A DNA stretch of 55,450 nt from an uncultured Woeseiaceae bacterium (lineage in GTDB: Bacteria; Pseudomonadota; Gammaproteobacteria; Steroidobacterales; UBA11654): assembly GCA_964633465.1 (NCBI GenBank), contig CAZWGB010000002.1, positions 1 to 55,450 of the forward strand, given 5' to 3'. Of the stretch, positions 37,837 through 46,300 are shown piece by piece (position 1 is the first letter of the stretch; every line of letters starts with the position of its first letter). The notes beneath the pieces are model-generated. The model worked only from the letters and a program-made list of their open reading frames with translations, had not been told where the DNA came from and ran no database searches. The translations under genes and the position numbers were made by a program.

Positions 37837-39681
37837 ATGAATCAATACCCTCTCTGGAAAAATTTGATGGTTCTTGTGGTTGTCACGCTCGGGTTATGGT
37901 TCGCACTACCCAATTTTTATGGTGAGGACCCTGCGGTAGTTATTGCTAAGGAAAATGGTCAGGCTTTTAGCAAATTAGAAACGAGTGACATAGAGCAATA
38001 CTTACAAAAGATAAACAGTGGTTATACGTCGATCAGGCGTCAATCAAATCAAATTTTGATTCGATACGAACGGGTTGAAGAACAGTTGTCTGGAAGTGAT
38101 TCAATGAGGGCTTATTTGGGCCGATCCTCTACTGTCGCCTTGACTTTTGCTCCGCGTACACCCAATTGGATTAGTGGTTTTGGGCTAAAACCCATGAGTC
38201 TTGGACTGGACCTTAGAGGGGGTGTCCATTTTAAATTTCAAGTTGATCTGGATGCAGCGATTGAACAAAGGCTCAATCAATACATTGCTGATATCAACAA
38301 AGCATTGATTGATAAGAGAATACGAAGAAATATTAAAAAACAGGGTAATGTGATCAGCATTGAGCTTTCAGATCCAGAGGATTTGAGTTTAGCTAGAAGT
38401 CTGATCAGGGAGATTGACCCTTTATTGGAGATCAACACGATAACCGCTAATCTCAGTCCAGTCCTGCAAGTTGCTATGACACAGGATCAACTGAAGGAAA
38501 GACGTGATTTTGCAATCCAGCAAAATATTCTAACTATGCGCAACCGTGTCAATGAACTCGGTGTAGCAGAGCCCATAGTCCAACGCCAGGGGCTCGATAG
38601 AATCGTTGTGCAATTGCCTGGAGTACAGGACCCGACCCAAGCAGAAAGAATCTTGGGAGCTACTGCAACACTGGAATTCAGGATGGTTTGTGAGAATGAG
38701 AGTGCTTTTGATGCAGAAGCTAAGGGCAGGGCGCCGATTGGCTGTGAATTGTTTATTGACCGGGTAGGAAACCCAGTTTTATTGAAAAAGAAAACAATTG
38801 TATCGGGTGATCAGTTAATTGATGCTTCTCAGACATTTTCTGAGGGCAGACCTGCTGTTTCGATTCGACTCGATAACAAGGGCTCTCAATCAATGCTGGA
38901 GACAACAAAAAGAAACTTAAATAAACCCATGGCTGTTTTATTTATCCAACAAAGACAAGAAACCAAAGAACGGGATGGTCAGTTTGTTACTTCTTCAGTG
39001 TTGGACAAGGAGGTCATCAATATTGCCACAATCCGAGGAGTGTTTAGCAGCCAATTTCAAATCACAGGGTTATCCGTAGTTGAAGCTAAGGATCTATCAA
39101 TCTTACTACGAGCTGGCGCTCTTGCAGCACCTATTTTTAAAGTTGAGGAAAAAACAATTGGACCGAGTCTTGGTCAAGATAATATCAACAGAGGTTTCCA
39201 AGCTATTCTCATAGGTCTAGCAATGGTTGTGTTGTTTATGATTTTTTATTACAAGGGATTTGGCTTGATTGCTAATTTTGGTCTTTTTGTAAATCTTACG
39301 TTGGTCATTGCTTTATTGTCATTGCTGCAAGCTTCTTTAACATTGCCTGGCATAGCAGGTATTGTATTGACAGTAGGTATGGCAGTGGATGCCAATGTAC
39401 TGATTTTTGAGAGAATCAGAGAAGAAATCCGGATTGGTAATTCTCCTCAGGCTAGCATTACAGCTGGTTATCAAAAGGCTTTTGGTACCATTGCAGATGC
39501 TAATATCACCACCTTGATTGCAGCACTTGTTCTATTTACTTTTGGTACTGGTCCGATCAAGGGTTTTGCAATTACTCTAACCCTAGGCATTATCACCTCA
39601 ATGTTTACAGCAATTATTGTCTCAAGGGCAATCGTTAATATTGTTTATGGACAACGAACCATTAATAAATTAAGGATCTAG
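37837..39681 (+). CDS. secD: protein translocase subunit SecD
   Basis: 614 aa with a large periplasmic domain and a C-terminal 6-TM core (GIAGIVLTVGMAVDANVLIFERIREE). Confidence 0.95.
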   Translation: MNQYPLWKNLMVLVVVTLGLWFALPNFYGEDPAVVIAKENGQAFSKLETSDIEQYLQKINSGYTSIRRQSNQILIRYERVEEQLSGSDSMRAYLGRSSTVALTFAPRTPNWISGFGLKPMSLGLDLRGGVHFKFQVDLDAAIEQRLNQYIADINKALIDKRIRRNIKKQGNVISIELSDPEDLSLARSLIREIDPLLEINTITANLSPVLQVAMTQDQLKERRDFAIQQNILTMRNRVNELGVAEPIVQRQGLDRIVVQLPGVQDPTQAERILGATATLEFRMVCENESAFDAEAKGRAPIGCELFIDRVGNPVLLKKKTIVSGDQLIDASQTFSEGRPAVSIRLDNKGSQSMLETTKRNLNKPMAVLFIQQRQETKERDGQFVTSSVLDKEVINIATIRGVFSSQFQITGLSVVEAKDLSILLRAGALAAPIFKVEEKTIGPSLGQDNINRGFQAILIGLAMVVLFMIFYYKGFGLIANFGLFVNLTLVIALLSLLQASLTLPGIAGIVLTVGMAVDANVLIFERIREEIRIGNSPQASITAGYQKAFGTIADANITTLIAALVLFTFGTGPIKGFAITLTLGIITSMFTAIIVSRAIVNIVYGQRTINKLRI

Positions 39682-39686
39682 GAGCA

Positions 39687-40607
39687 ATGATTATCAAAGA
39701 AATTAATTTTCTGTCGAAAAGGTATTATGCTCTGGTCTTCTCGGTGATTCTCCTGTTGACGTCTTTGGCTTCTCTCACCTTTAAGGGCTTAAATCCAGGT
39801 ATTGATTTTACAGGTGGTTTTTCTGTTGAAGTTTCTTATCAAGAACCACCAGTAATCAATGAGATTAGAAATGAATTGGCATCTGGAGGATTCCCAGAAG
39901 CCATTGTTCAAAGCTTCGGTAGTCCAAAAGACATTAATATTCGTCTCATGCCAAGAGACAATATAGACAACAAGGCCATAGGCAAGCAAATTGAAGAAAT
40001 CTTGAATAATTCAGCAAATGCAGTTGAGCTAAGGGGTTCAGAATTTGTAAGCCCTCAGGTGGGTGATGAATTGACTGAGCAAGGGGGCTTGGCAATGCTC
40101 TTCGCCTTGATAATGATAATGATTTACATCCTCTTTAGGTTTCAGTGGAAATTTTCAATAGGTGCAGTTTTAGCATTAATCCATGATGTAGTCATAACCA
40201 TAGGAGTTTTTTCTCTATTTCAGCTTTCATTTGATCTAGCCGTTTTGGCTGCTATTCTGGCCGTTGTAGGTTATTCATTAAACGATACAATTGTCGTCTT
40301 TGATCGAATTCGTGAAAATTTCCGACTGAGAAGAAAGAGTGAGACACTGGACGTTGTTAATGGATCAATCAATCAAACAATTAGTCGCACGCTGATAACC
40401 AGTGGAACAACGCTTCTAGTGCTGCTTGCCTTGTATATTATAGGAGGTAAATCTTTGGAGGGTTTTTCTTTAGCCCTTATTATTGGGGTTATTATTGGTA
40501 CCTATTCATCAATTTATGTGGCCACAACTTCGGTATTGTTTTTAGATGTTTCAACCACAGATCTAATGCCTGAAAAACAAGAAAAAATTGATGATGGCAT
40601 GCCCTAA
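39687..40607 (+). CDS. secF: protein translocase subunit SecF
   Basis: 306 aa. Has GIDFTGG and YSLNDTIVVFDRIREN, typical of SecF. Confidence 0.95.
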   Translation: MIIKEINFLSKRYYALVFSVILLLTSLASLTFKGLNPGIDFTGGFSVEVSYQEPPVINEIRNELASGGFPEAIVQSFGSPKDINIRLMPRDNIDNKAIGKQIEEILNNSANAVELRGSEFVSPQVGDELTEQGGLAMLFALIMIMIYILFRFQWKFSIGAVLALIHDVVITIGVFSLFQLSFDLAVLAAILAVVGYSLNDTIVVFDRIRENFRLRRKSETLDVVNGSINQTISRTLITSGTTLLVLLALYIIGGKSLEGFSLALIIGVIIGTYSSIYVATTSVLFLDVSTTDLMPEKQEKIDDGMP

Positions 40608-40624
40608 AATGATAAGGAATGACT

Positions 40625-41434
40625 TCAGCTTAACTTCATAAGTTTGCTGTCGTATTTAGAGATGATTTCTTTCATTTGACCAAAAACTCTCCGATTCCCT
40701 GTGATAATGTTACCCGATTCAAGCATATCTTGATTGGGGATTAGATTGCTAAAAAGACCTCCTGATTCCTGGATTAACAAAATACCAGCTGCGATATCCC
40801 AAGGATTCAGTCCAAATTCCCAGAATCCATCAAGCCTGCCGCAAGCAACATACGCTAAATCAAGTGCTGCGGCTCCAGGTCTTCTAATACCTGCAACTTT
40901 TTGAGAGAATTCAGAGAATATTTCTAGATAGACATTCAGCGAGTCATTTTTTTGACGGTACGGAAATCCTGTGCCCAGCAATGCGCCTTCTAGGGTGCTT
41001 TGTTTACTGACCCTGATCTTCCTTCCATCTAGTTGACTGCCTTTGCCACGCATGGCGGTGAATAACTCCTGTCTTGAAGGGTCATAAATTACAGCAATTT
41101 CAAGTAAACCCTTTACTCTTAAGGCTATAGAAGCGGCATACACTGGAAAGGAGTGAATGTAATTTGTTGTTCCATCTAAAGGGTCTATTATCCAAACGTA
41201 GTCAAACTTACCACTCTTTTTTGGTTGACTTTCTTCTGCAATAATTCCATGGTCTGGATATCGTGATTGAATAATATCTTTGATTGCTTTTTCTGCTTGT
41301 TCATCAACAAAGGTAGCAAATTCATTATAACTCTTGGTTTTAATATCGCTTGCATTGATACGGTCAAAGTTCATTTGTGCGATATCTCCTGCTTTTCTTG
41401 CAGCTTTGATCGCAGTGTTTAATAAGGCTTGCAT
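40625..41434 (-). CDS. suhB: inositol-1-monophosphatase SuhB
   Basis: 269 aa. Has the IMPase motifs EES, WIIDPLDGTTN and GAAALDLAYVACGRLDG. Divergent from trmJ, as in E. coli. Confidence 0.92.
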   Translation of the reverse strand: MQALLNTAIKAARKAGDIAQMNFDRINASDIKTKSYNEFATFVDEQAEKAIKDIIQSRYPDHGIIAEESQPKKSGKFDYVWIIDPLDGTTNYIHSFPVYAASIALRVKGLLEIAVIYDPSRQELFTAMRGKGSQLDGRKIRVSKQSTLEGALLGTGFPYRQKNDSLNVYLEIFSEFSQKVAGIRRPGAAALDLAYVACGRLDGFWEFGLNPWDIAAGILLIQESGGLFSNLIPNQDMLESGNIITGNRRVFGQMKEIISKYDSKLMKLS

Positions 41435-41537
41435 GGGTAAAATCTTCGTTAACTAAATACAGAAAATGAATAATGTGTAGAATAACAAAACTTTTTAACG
41501 AATTGTTCGACTTTAGTAGGAAAAAATTGGGATTGTA

Positions 41538-42245
41538 GTGAAGTCAAAAATTAAATTTATTTTATTTGAGCCTTCCCATCCTGGGAATGTTGGAGCTGCA
41601 GCGCGTGCTATAAAGACCATGGGTTTTGAAAAATTGTGTTTGATCAACCCAATTGAACATCCTCACTCTGAGGCAAGAGCAAGATCCTCTGGTGCGTTGG
41701 ATGTTTTATTAAATGCGGAGGTTTTGGACAATTTACACGATGCAATTAAAGGTTGTGGTTTGATTATTGGAACCACCTCTAGAACCAGAAGAATCAGTGT
41801 CCCAATCACAAACATCCGAGAGACAGCACCAAGTATTGTTGCTGAAGCCAAACAAAATACAGTTGCAGTTATATTTGGCCCAGAGAAATCAGGATTGATG
41901 AATGCACAAGTGGATTACTGCAATGAACTGGTTAATATTCCATCCATTGGAGCCTATAAATCATTGAATTTGGCAATGGCTGTGCAAATAGTAGCTTATG
42001 AATTGAGAGTTGCTAGTGAAGCTTTGCCTGCTGAGATCAGAGCGAGAAATCTTGCTTCAAATGAAGATATTGAGCTTTTTTATAATCATCTTAATCAAGT
42101 GTTATTGGAAACTGGATTCTTGGATCCAAAAAACCCTAAACAACTTATGCGACGCTTGCGAACGCTTTTCAATAGAGCACAAATGGATGAAAATGAGATT
42201 AATATCATGAGAGGTATTTTGGCCTCATATAAAATACAACAGTAG
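41538..42245 (+). CDS. trmJ: tRNA (cytidine/uridine-2'-O-)-methyltransferase TrmJ
   Basis: 235 aa with a GTG start. SpoU/TrmH class: ILFEPSHPGNVGAAARAIKTMGF, FGPEKSGL and SLNLAMAVQI. Confidence 0.9.
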   Translation: MKSKIKFILFEPSHPGNVGAAARAIKTMGFEKLCLINPIEHPHSEARARSSGALDVLLNAEVLDNLHDAIKGCGLIIGTTSRTRRISVPITNIRETAPSIVAEAKQNTVAVIFGPEKSGLMNAQVDYCNELVNIPSIGAYKSLNLAMAVQIVAYELRVASEALPAEIRARNLASNEDIELFYNHLNQVLLETGFLDPKNPKQLMRRLRTLFNRAQMDENEINIMRGILASYKIQQ

Positions 42246-42265
42246 CCTTATATTAAGATTTCACT

Positions 42266-43435
42266 ATGAGAAAGATTCAGGAAATATACCTTGATTATGC
42301 TTCAACCACACCCCTGGCTGAGGAGGTGGTTGCAGAAATGGGAACTTTGATGAACAAAAATGCCTTTGGCAATCCATCTGCTACTGATCATTTATTTGGT
42401 AAACAAGCGTACAAGCTGATTGAGAATGCAAGACAAGAAGTCGCCTCATTAATTAACGCTTTACCGGATGAGATTATTTGGACATCAGGTGCAACCGAAG
42501 CAAATAACTTGGCTATATTGGGTTTGTCTAGATTTAAAGCAACTGACTCCAGGCGGCAAATCATTTCTTCTTTTGCTGAACATAAATCTGTTATTGAACC
42601 ATGTAAACAATTGGAAAAAGAGGGTTTGGAGAGCTTGTTGTTGTCTCCAAACAGCAATGGTTCTATAGATATTAATGAATTTGAAAAAGCAATCAGCAAA
42701 AAAACTTTACTGGTGAGTTTCATGCATATCAACAATGAAGTTGGAAGCATCAATGATATCAAGTCAATAGGTAAAATTTGTCGAAAGAGCAACATTTTTT
42801 TTCACGTGGATGCAGCTCAAGGAATCGGCAAACTCTCTGTTGATGTTAAGGATTGCAATATTGATTTGATGTCTTTGAGTGCGCATAAAATTTACGGCCC
42901 AAAAGGAATCGGAGCGCTGTTTATTAACAAAGAGTCGGTTGGAAGAATTGATCCAATTTTTTCTGGAGGCGGACAAGAGCGAGCTCTACGACCTGGCACG
43001 CTTGCTACCCACCAAATCATTGGTATGGCTAGAGCTTATAGAATTGCAAAAGATAAAATGACAGATGATCACGATCATTTGACGGCATGCAGAAAGGTTT
43101 TTTTAGACAACTGCAAGGACCTGAGACAAATTCAAATTAACAGCAATTCAGATGATACTTTTCCAGGTATTCTCAGTATCAGTGCAAAGGACTTACATGC
43201 AGAAAGCATAATCTACGATATGAGAACAATAGCAGTCTCCAGAGGTTCTGCATGTACTTCTGATAATGAAGAAACCTCTCATGTTTTAAAGGCGATGGGA
43301 TTAGCTCAAGATTTTATCAATGGAACCATAAGGTTTAGTTTCGGACGTAATACCACGCTTGAGGAGGCTAAATACGCATCTGAGCTGTATGGTAATTCAG
43401 TCAATCGCCTAAACCGTTTAAGGGGTATAAACTAA
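42266..43435 (+). CDS. iscS: cysteine desulfurase (IscS/NifS-type, class V aminotransferase)
   Basis: 389 aa. Has the PLP Lys motif SAHKIYGPKGIGALF and the active-site loop SRGSACTS. Slightly shorter than the 404-aa E. coli IscS. Confidence 0.88.
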   Translation: MRKIQEIYLDYASTTPLAEEVVAEMGTLMNKNAFGNPSATDHLFGKQAYKLIENARQEVASLINALPDEIIWTSGATEANNLAILGLSRFKATDSRRQIISSFAEHKSVIEPCKQLEKEGLESLLLSPNSNGSIDINEFEKAISKKTLLVSFMHINNEVGSINDIKSIGKICRKSNIFFHVDAAQGIGKLSVDVKDCNIDLMSLSAHKIYGPKGIGALFINKESVGRIDPIFSGGGQERALRPGTLATHQIIGMARAYRIAKDKMTDDHDHLTACRKVFLDNCKDLRQIQINSNSDDTFPGILSISAKDLHAESIIYDMRTIAVSRGSACTSDNEETSHVLKAMGLAQDFINGTIRFSFGRNTTLEEAKYASELYGNSVNRLNRLRGIN

Positions 43436-43450
43436 CGCCCGAGAAATCTT

Positions 43451-43816
43451 ATGACACAAGATTCAACAAGACATTATTTTAATCAAGAAAAGCATGTTTT
43501 TGATGCATTGGAAGATGACCGCAGTAACTATATTTTTGGTTCTGCTTCAAACCCGTTAGGGATGCAAATTAATCTTTATTTTAAGGTAGAAGAGGGTACA
43601 ATTACCGACGCAAAATACAACGTCAATGGTTGTTCAACATTAGTGGCTATTACTGCCTTTTATGTTGAGCAGGTAATTGGCAGAAATTTGGAGAATTGTA
43701 CAGACTTTAAAGCATCCGGGATCCATGAGATCATAAATGTACCCAAAAATAAGATGGATAGGGTATTGCTGCTTGAAAATGCTGTCAATGCTTGTATTGA
43801 CCAGAAGAAAACATAG
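43451..43816 (+). CDS. IscU/NifU-N-like protein with degenerate cluster-ligand set
   Basis: 121 aa in the iscU position. It is colinear with E. coli IscU (..LYFKVEEGTITDAKYNVNGCSTLVAITAF..) but lacks the Cys37, Asp39, His105 and Cys106 equivalents and the LPPVK motif. Confidence 0.75.
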   Translation: MTQDSTRHYFNQEKHVFDALEDDRSNYIFGSASNPLGMQINLYFKVEEGTITDAKYNVNGCSTLVAITAFYVEQVIGRNLENCTDFKASGIHEIINVPKNKMDRVLLLENAVNACIDQKKT

Positions 43817-43828
43817 GTTAGGTGTCAG

Positions 43829-44152
43829 ATGAACATGACAATTACAGATAATGCGATAAAACGATTTAAGCAAAATCTAGAGAAGAAACCAGATGCTCTG
43901 GGACTTCGAATAAGCATCAAGGCAACTGGTTGCAATGGCTATTCGTATATTTTGGACTATGCTTCCGAAGTTAGCCAAACCGATGAATTGTACAAAGTTT
44001 CAGACATTTCTATTTTAGTCGATCAAGAAAGCTTGCCGTATATCATGGGTACTGAGATCGATTTTATAGATGAAGGCTTAAATCAGGTATTCAAATTTAA
44101 AAATCCAAATGCAACCGGTGAATGCGGTTGTGGTGAGAGTTTTAGCGTTTGA
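43829..44152 (+). CDS. iscA: iron-sulfur cluster assembly/insertion A-type carrier (IscA/ErpA family)
   Basis: 107 aa. Has LRISIKATGCNGYSY and a C-terminal NPNATGECGCGESF, so all three ligand Cys are present. Confidence 0.9.
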   Translation: MNMTITDNAIKRFKQNLEKKPDALGLRISIKATGCNGYSYILDYASEVSQTDELYKVSDISILVDQESLPYIMGTEIDFIDEGLNQVFKFKNPNATGECGCGESFSV

Positions 44153-44173
44153 ATCTTGAGTTCTAAGACCTTC

Positions 44174-44578
44174 ATGACCATTGAGCAAACACTTTCAATC
44201 ATTAAGCCAGACGGTGTCAGAAAAAAAATCATTGGCGAGATCCAAAAACGTTTTGAAGATGCAGGTTTAACCATACTCAAGGCAAAAATGTTAGAGCTCA
44301 CAATGGATGATGCAAAATCTTTTTATGGCATTCACAAGGACAAACCTTTTTTTAATGATTTGTTAACCTACATCACATCTGGTCCAGTGATGGTGCAAGT
44401 GTTAGAGGGAGAGAATGCAATTGAGCTCAACCGAAAATTAATGGGCGCTACCAACCCAAAAGATGCAGAAGAAGGAACTATCAGAAGAGATTTCGCGTCC
44501 AGCATAGAAGAAAATGTCGTTCATGGCTCTGATGGACCCGATACAGCTAGAACTGAGATCGAGTTCTTTTTTGGCTGA
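44174..44578 (+). CDS. ndk: nucleoside-diphosphate kinase
   Basis: Has [14 protein letters not shown] and the NVVHGSDG catalytic His. The ORF track starts at TTG 44156; the ATG at 44174 matches the usual Ndk N-terminus. Confidence 0.93.
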   Translation: MTIEQTLSIIKPDGVRKKIIGEIQKRFEDAGLTILKAKMLELTMDDAKSFYGIHKDKPFFNDLLTYITSGPVMVQVLEGENAIELNRKLMGATNPKDAEEGTIRRDFASSIEENVVHGSDGPDTARTEIEFFFG

Positions 44579-44597
44579 TTAGCCTAAGGGGCCCCCC

Positions 44598-45695
44598 TTG
44601 ATCACCGACAAAAACAATTTAATTGGAAGGCCTTTCGATGATTTGGTCTCTTTTTTTCACAGTATTGGGGAAAAAAAATACAGAGCAAAACAATTAATGG
44701 ACTGGCTGTATCGTCGTAGCATTTTTGATTTTGATTCCATGACAGATCTGAATAAAGATCTTCGGCTATACCTTCAACAGAACTACTGTCTTCATATCCC
44801 AATGTCGACTAAAAAAGAATTATCCTCAGATGGAACCATCAAATGGATGATTGACCAAGGAGCATCCCAGGCCATAGAGACGGTTTATATTCCAGAAAAA
44901 AAAAGAGGTACCTTATGTATATCAAGCCAAATAGGGTGTTTGATTGATTGCCCATTTTGCGCCACAGGTCATCAAGGATTCAATCGTAATTTGTCATCAG
45001 CTGAAATTATTGGCCAAGTATTGTTGGCAAAACAAGATCTGCAGAATGAATTTAAACGCGATGATTTAATCACCAACGTTGTCTTCATGGGCATGGGAGA
45101 GCCTTTGGCAAATTTCTCAGAAACGGTTAGAGCAAGCAAAATACTGACCGATCCCAATGGATTTAATATCTCTCGAAGACGAGTCACCATAAGTACCTCA
45201 GGTCTCGTACCACAGATTCTTAAGCTTGCTGACCATTTGAATGTCTCATTGGCAATTTCTTTGCACGCACCCTTTGATAACTTGAGGGATGAGTTGGTGC
45301 CAATCAATAGGATTCATCCTATTGAATCATTATTGGACGCTTGTTGGCTTTACGCTAAGAGGCAGAATTTAAAAAATGTTACATTTGAGTACACACTGTT
45401 AAAAAATGTCAACGATCGATCAGAACATGCAAAACAACTGGCAAAGCTTTTAAAGAATCAACCCGCCAAAGTAAATTTGATTCCATTTAATAAATTTCCA
45501 GGGGTTGTGTATGAGCCTACCCCAGTTGATCAAATTAATGAGTTTAGGAATATACTCTTGGAATCTGGAATAATGGCCATGACAAGAACAACGCGTGGAG
45601 ATGATATTCAAGCAGCTTGTGGTCAATTGTCTGGAACAGTCAATAACTTGGCCAAAAAATCATTGGGACAAAAGCTAAAAAAAACATTAAATTAA
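44598..45695 (+). CDS. rlmN: 23S rRNA/tRNA (adenine-C2)-methyltransferase RlmN (radical SAM)
   Basis: 365 aa. Has GEKKYRAKQLMDWLY, the radical-SAM motif GCLIDCPFCATG, and MGMGEPL and ACGQL. Apparent TTG start with no in-frame ATG before the conserved N-terminus. Confidence 0.9.
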   Translation: MITDKNNLIGRPFDDLVSFFHSIGEKKYRAKQLMDWLYRRSIFDFDSMTDLNKDLRLYLQQNYCLHIPMSTKKELSSDGTIKWMIDQGASQAIETVYIPEKKRGTLCISSQIGCLIDCPFCATGHQGFNRNLSSAEIIGQVLLAKQDLQNEFKRDDLITNVVFMGMGEPLANFSETVRASKILTDPNGFNISRRRVTISTSGLVPQILKLADHLNVSLAISLHAPFDNLRDELVPINRIHPIESLLDACWLYAKRQNLKNVTFEYTLLKNVNDRSEHAKQLAKLLKNQPAKVNLIPFNKFPGVVYEPTPVDQINEFRNILLESGIMAMTRTTRGDDIQAACGQLSGTVNNLAKKSLGQKLKKTLN

Positions 45696-45705
45696 TACAA
45701 GCATT

Positions 45706-46104
45706 ATGAGAAACGATAAAAAAGACCTAGCCTCATCAGAACAACAGTGCTTGTTTGTTGGAGATTCATTGAAGCAAGCAAGGAAATCCAAAAAAATGGA
45801 AGTCGAAGATGTTGCCCAACAACTCTATATTAATCCTTCTATTATCACTCATTTAGAAGAGGAAAATTATGACCAAATTGGCGCAGAAGTATTTATCAAA
45901 GGCCATCTTAAAAATTACGCACAATTTTTGGATTTACCTGTTGAAAAGATCCTAGCAGCCTTATCTGAGGAAGCATATATTAAAGGTCAAGAAGTCTTGA
46001 CTTCAAAAACAACCGAACACTTAGTGGCGTTAAAAATTATTGCCTACGCAAGTGTACTATTATTCTTAGTAACAATTGTGGGTATGTATATATCTCATAA
46101 TTAA
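45706..46104 (+). CDS. rodZ: RodZ-like helix-turn-helix membrane protein, truncated form (HTH + one TM, no periplasmic domain)
   Basis: 132 aa. Has the N-terminal XRE-type HTH GDSLKQARKSKKMEVEDVAQQLYINPSIITHLEEENY and a single TM IIAYASVLLFLVTIVGMYI just before the stop. It holds the rodZ position after rlmN. Confidence 0.7.
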   Translation: MRNDKKDLASSEQQCLFVGDSLKQARKSKKMEVEDVAQQLYINPSIITHLEEENYDQIGAEVFIKGHLKNYAQFLDLPVEKILAALSEEAYIKGQEVLTSKTTEHLVALKIIAYASVLLFLVTIVGMYISHN

Positions 46105-46294
46105 TAATTGCTATCCGTGAACTAGAAATAAAGGTGAATTGAATGACTGATAATTTGAAAGGAAAAACAACCGAACACTTAGTGGCGTTAAAAATTATTG
46201 CCTACGCAAGTGTACTATTATTCTTAGTAACAATTGTGGGTATGTATATATCTCATAATTAATAATTGCTATCCGTGAACTAGAAATAAAGGTG
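46005..46294. repeat. tandem direct repeat: two identical 132-bp copies (46005-46136 and 46163-46294) with a 158-bp period
   Basis: Base-by-base reading: AAAAACAACCGAACACTTAGTGGCG...CTAGAAATAAAGGTG occurs twice with no mismatch. The copies are separated by 26 nt, AATTGAATGACTGATAATTTGAAAGG. Confidence 0.9.
46143..46262 (+). CDS. candidate 39-aa single-pass membrane micro-ORF created by the tandem duplication
   Basis: Below the ORF-track size cut-off. ATG 46143 lies 6 nt after the duplicated AAGGTG. Product is MTDNLKGKTTEHLVALKIIAYASVLLFLVTIVGMYISHN; its last 32 aa are identical to the RodZ-like C-terminus. Expression is untested. Confidence 0.3.
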   Translation: MTDNLKGKTTEHLVALKIIAYASVLLFLVTIVGMYISHN

Positions 46295-46300
46295 GGTTAA

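Noticed and set aside
44586-44600. A G/C-rich inverted repeat AAGGGG-CC-CCCCTT between ndk and rlmN, overlapping the putative TTG start of rlmN. It is conspicuous in AT-rich DNA.
   Set aside because: The stem is at most 5-6 bp with a 2-4 nt loop and has no U-tract, so it is not a credible terminator. A regulatory role cannot be supported from a single occurrence.
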